A stretch of 27,419 nt of DNA from contig JAXDQU010000109.1 in NCBI GenBank assembly GCA_034667685.1, positions 1 through 27,419 of the forward strand, read 5' to 3'. The notes under the pieces were generated by a model, which saw only the letters and a list, made by a program, of their open reading frames with translations, did no database searches and was not told where the DNA came from. The stretch comes from Thermoplasmata archaeon (GTDB lineage: Archaea; Thermoplasmatota; SW-10-69-26; JACQPN01; JAJPHT01). Shown one piece after another: positions 25,238 to 27,419 of this stretch. Position 1 is the stretch's first letter. Every line of letters starts with the position of its first letter. Made by a program: the position numbers and the translations under genes.

Positions 25238-25903
25238 TCAGGCTCCTCCCCCGTGGTGAGTCCTTCGAAGTCGCTTCGGAGGCTTCACCGCGCGCAGGGA
25301 GCCCACCAGACCCTCGATGTTGCCCCGCTCGCGCAGCCGGTTGAGGATCGGCTGAACATGGGTTCTCGGGATTCGGGCCATGCGGCTAATCGTGGCGGTG
25401 TCCTGCGCGCCGTGTCGGACGGCTTGCCATACGCGCTCATCCTGCGTGCCCGGCAGGGGGCCCATGATGTCGTATTCGCGGGCTCTCCTGTGGGCTGCCT
25501 TCTCTTGGTTGGTCTTGCCGCGGGGTCGGCCGCGGGGGCGAGCTGGGGCGCCTGGGCGGAGCGTGCTTGCCGAGCGGGCCAGTTCGGTGATGATGTGGTC
25601 TAGATCGTCGGCGCGGAGCGCGTCGGCGGAGATCAGGACGCGAGCGAGGGCCGGGGCGCTTTCGCGGTCGAGGCGTACGACGATCTCGATGTCGTTTGCG
25701 TCGAGGAGGCGCGGGCCCACGGCGAGTTCGGAGGCCAGGTCGTGCAGCTTGCCGAGCAGGTTGCTGACCATGTGCGCGTCGAAGTCGTGATAGTGGCCCG
25801 GTCCCTCTTGCAGGCGCTTGAGCTCGGCCTTCGCGAGGTCGAGGAGCCATGCGGCTTGGGCGTGGGTGAAGCCTACCAAGCGCAGGCGTTCCGGAGCGCT
25901 CAT
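25238..25903 (-). CDS. DNA-binding protein with AT-hook-like motif and C-terminal winged HTH
   Basis: 'RPRGRPRGK', then 'QERVWQAV-like...TATISRMARIPRTHVQPILNRLRERGNI'. Confidence 0.75.
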   Translation of the reverse strand: MSAPERLRLVGFTHAQAAWLLDLAKAELKRLQEGPGHYHDFDAHMVSNLLGKLHDLASELAVGPRLLDANDIEIVVRLDRESAPALARVLISADALRADDLDHIITELARSASTLRPGAPARPRGRPRGKTNQEKAAHRRAREYDIMGPLPGTQDERVWQAVRHGAQDTATISRMARIPRTHVQPILNRLRERGNIEGLVGSLRAVKPPKRLRRTHHGGGA

Positions 25904-25918
25904 GGATTGCCACCGGGA

Positions 25919-26155
25919 CTATGGCGCTTTCTCGTCCCACGGGATGGTGCGGAGGAGAACCAGGGCGTTGACAAGGATCATGGCGCCCACCGCGAGGCAG
26001 ACGAGGGCGCCCAACGCCATGAGGATGCGGTCTTCGGGATTGAGACTCTCGACGAAGCCTTGGCCCAAGGGCAAGAGAACGGCGAGCGAAGCTCCGAAGA
26101 GGACGGCGCAGCCGGCCACGTCGCGCACGAGTCCCCGCGCACTGGACCTGCTCAC
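25919..26155 (-). CDS. Small 2-TM membrane protein (GTG start)
   Basis: Two hydrophobic helices. GTGA overlap with the upstream gene stop. Confidence 0.6.
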   Translation of the reverse strand: MSRSSARGLVRDVAGCAVLFGASLAVLLPLGQGFVESLNPEDRILMALGALVCLAVGAMILVNALVLLRTIPWDEKAP

Positions 26156-26769
26156 GTGACCGGCCTCCCGTCGCCTTGTCTCGCCGTCGGTGGCTCTGCT
26201 TGCGTCATGGCGCCTTCGGCGTGGAAGTGCAGGCCGGAGGTAGCCCCGGCCGCTACGGGCGAGGGCACGCGATTGGCTATCGCCACTTCGAGGTAGAGTG
26301 TCGCGTTCGCGCTGTTGTAGGGGATCAAGTCGTCGTCGAGATAGAGCGGGCCGGCTCCGCGCGTGAAGCCAAGGACGTGCCACGTCAGGGTCCCATTCTT
26401 CTCGGTCGTGTGATTGTAGAGGTAAACCGCAACAAAATTGTCAGCCGGCGTGGTAGGCGTCCACGAGACGTTGAACCGGACGCGGGCGAAAGTTCCGTGG
26501 GGAAGCTCGTGGAGGTCGTATCCATGTCCGTAGGTGGCAACGCAGGATGTTCCTTGGAGGCAGGCTCCGGCCGCGAATGGGATCGCGGCGTCGTACGAGA
26601 CGGGAGTTTCGTTAGCGCGAATGCCGACCGATTAAACATTCGCCCGCGCGCCGTTCTCAATCGCTTGAGGGGCGCTCTTGGTTTGGTCCGGATGCGCTGG
26701 GGCGACACAGCCGGCGAGCGCGAGAAAGATCGTGAGCACGGCGAGCACGCATGACTGTTGGCTGAGCAT
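26152..26769 (-). pseudogene. Lipoprotein gene with in-frame TAA at codon 46
   Basis: MLSQQSCVLAVLTIFLALAGC (lipobox)...ARANV*SVGIRANETPVSYDAAIPF...FNVSWTP... continues in frame to 26152. Absent from the ORF track. Confidence 0.75.
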
Positions 26770-27141
26770 GGAGGGCAGACCCCGGGACGCGGGCAGCGAA
26801 GCGCCGCGCCAGGGAGGATGTCTCGCGAATCCCCGACGCTAAGTATCAATGGCGGCGGACTTGGGATCACTTGAGGAGGCTACTCGCCATGATCTGACGA
26901 GCCGTGAACGATCGGATATCAACCCTCATCCGCCGCCGTTCAGAGGAATTGCGTTTCGGGAGTGTCCTCACACTCGTCGAACGCCTTGCCAAATAGATGC
27001 GAGTCCGATCGACCCGTGCTGTGACTCAGCGTATCGTAGCAGGTCAGAGATTCACTCCGAGACGAAATCCATTCCCTCTTTCCGGTTGCCCGCTGGGCTA
27101 CCCGTGCTTCCGAAATCCCATCAGATGACGATCTTCGAGGT

Positions 27142-27417
27142 TCACGTTCCGCACGCTACAGCTGTACTAGGTAGACCTGAGGGCACTTTTGTGAGCGCGA
27201 GGTTGGCGCTTGCGATCTCGTAGGCAGCGTATCCAATGGAGAAATCGGTCCCGGTCAGATTGGCCGGTAGCCACGTGTATTCAACGGCGCCTCCGAAATG
27301 CCATTCAAAGACCGACTGCACGTAAAAGGTCCCGTTGGCGGAGTCGACCTCCACGATCGGATATGGGATCCCTTTGTAGGAAGACCACAGTTCATGTTCT
27401 GTTGCCGGGGGAGTCGC
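27142..27417 (-). CDS. C-terminal part of a probable secreted protein (5' end outside the window, possibly degraded)
   Basis: Frame open from the window edge: ATPPATEHELWSSYKGIPYPIVEVDSANGTFY..., with N-glycosylation sequons. Confidence 0.45.
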   Translation of the reverse strand, partial: ATPPATEHELWSSYKGIPYPIVEVDSANGTFYVQSVFEWHFGGAVEYTWLPANLTGTDFSIGYAAYEIASANLALTKVPSGLPSTAVACGT

Positions 27418-27419
27418 AT

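Noticed and set aside
26839-27144. Several in-frame TGA codons after the last ORF (recoding or selenocysteine?)
   Set aside because: Read-through product is not convincingly protein-like, and TGA is a normal stop elsewhere in the window.

Overview
High-GC archaeal chromosome segment, probably Thermoplasmatota (inferred from PurQ 'AVLRIEGTNNEQE...FECRP' and PurL 'QAWSEHCCYKSSK' signatures). Bases 1-9002 are host genes: a Ser/Thr kinase, an ArsR-HTH/FHA regulator, small secreted proteins, purQ-purL-purS, an SRPBCC-like protein, a VapBC pair and surface proteins. A 150-bp palindromic MITE-like insert sits at a CTAG between the first two genes. From about 9.6 kb onward lies an apparent integrated rolling-circle virus-like element. 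It has a long hairpin/AT-rich origin candidate, an IS91/SNJ1-type HUH Rep with a Zn-finger, a P-loop ATPase, and an operon of signal-peptide, C-terminally anchored membrane proteins (candidate coat, spike and minor virion proteins). A shared GC-rich motif lies upstream of three of its transcription units. It also carries a nucleotidyl-cyclase-like gene and a lower-GC cargo block with a PD-(D/E)xK nuclease. No integrase, tRNA or classical capsid gene is visible. Three genes carry single lesions (two frameshifts, one nonsense), indicating either decay or assembly errors.
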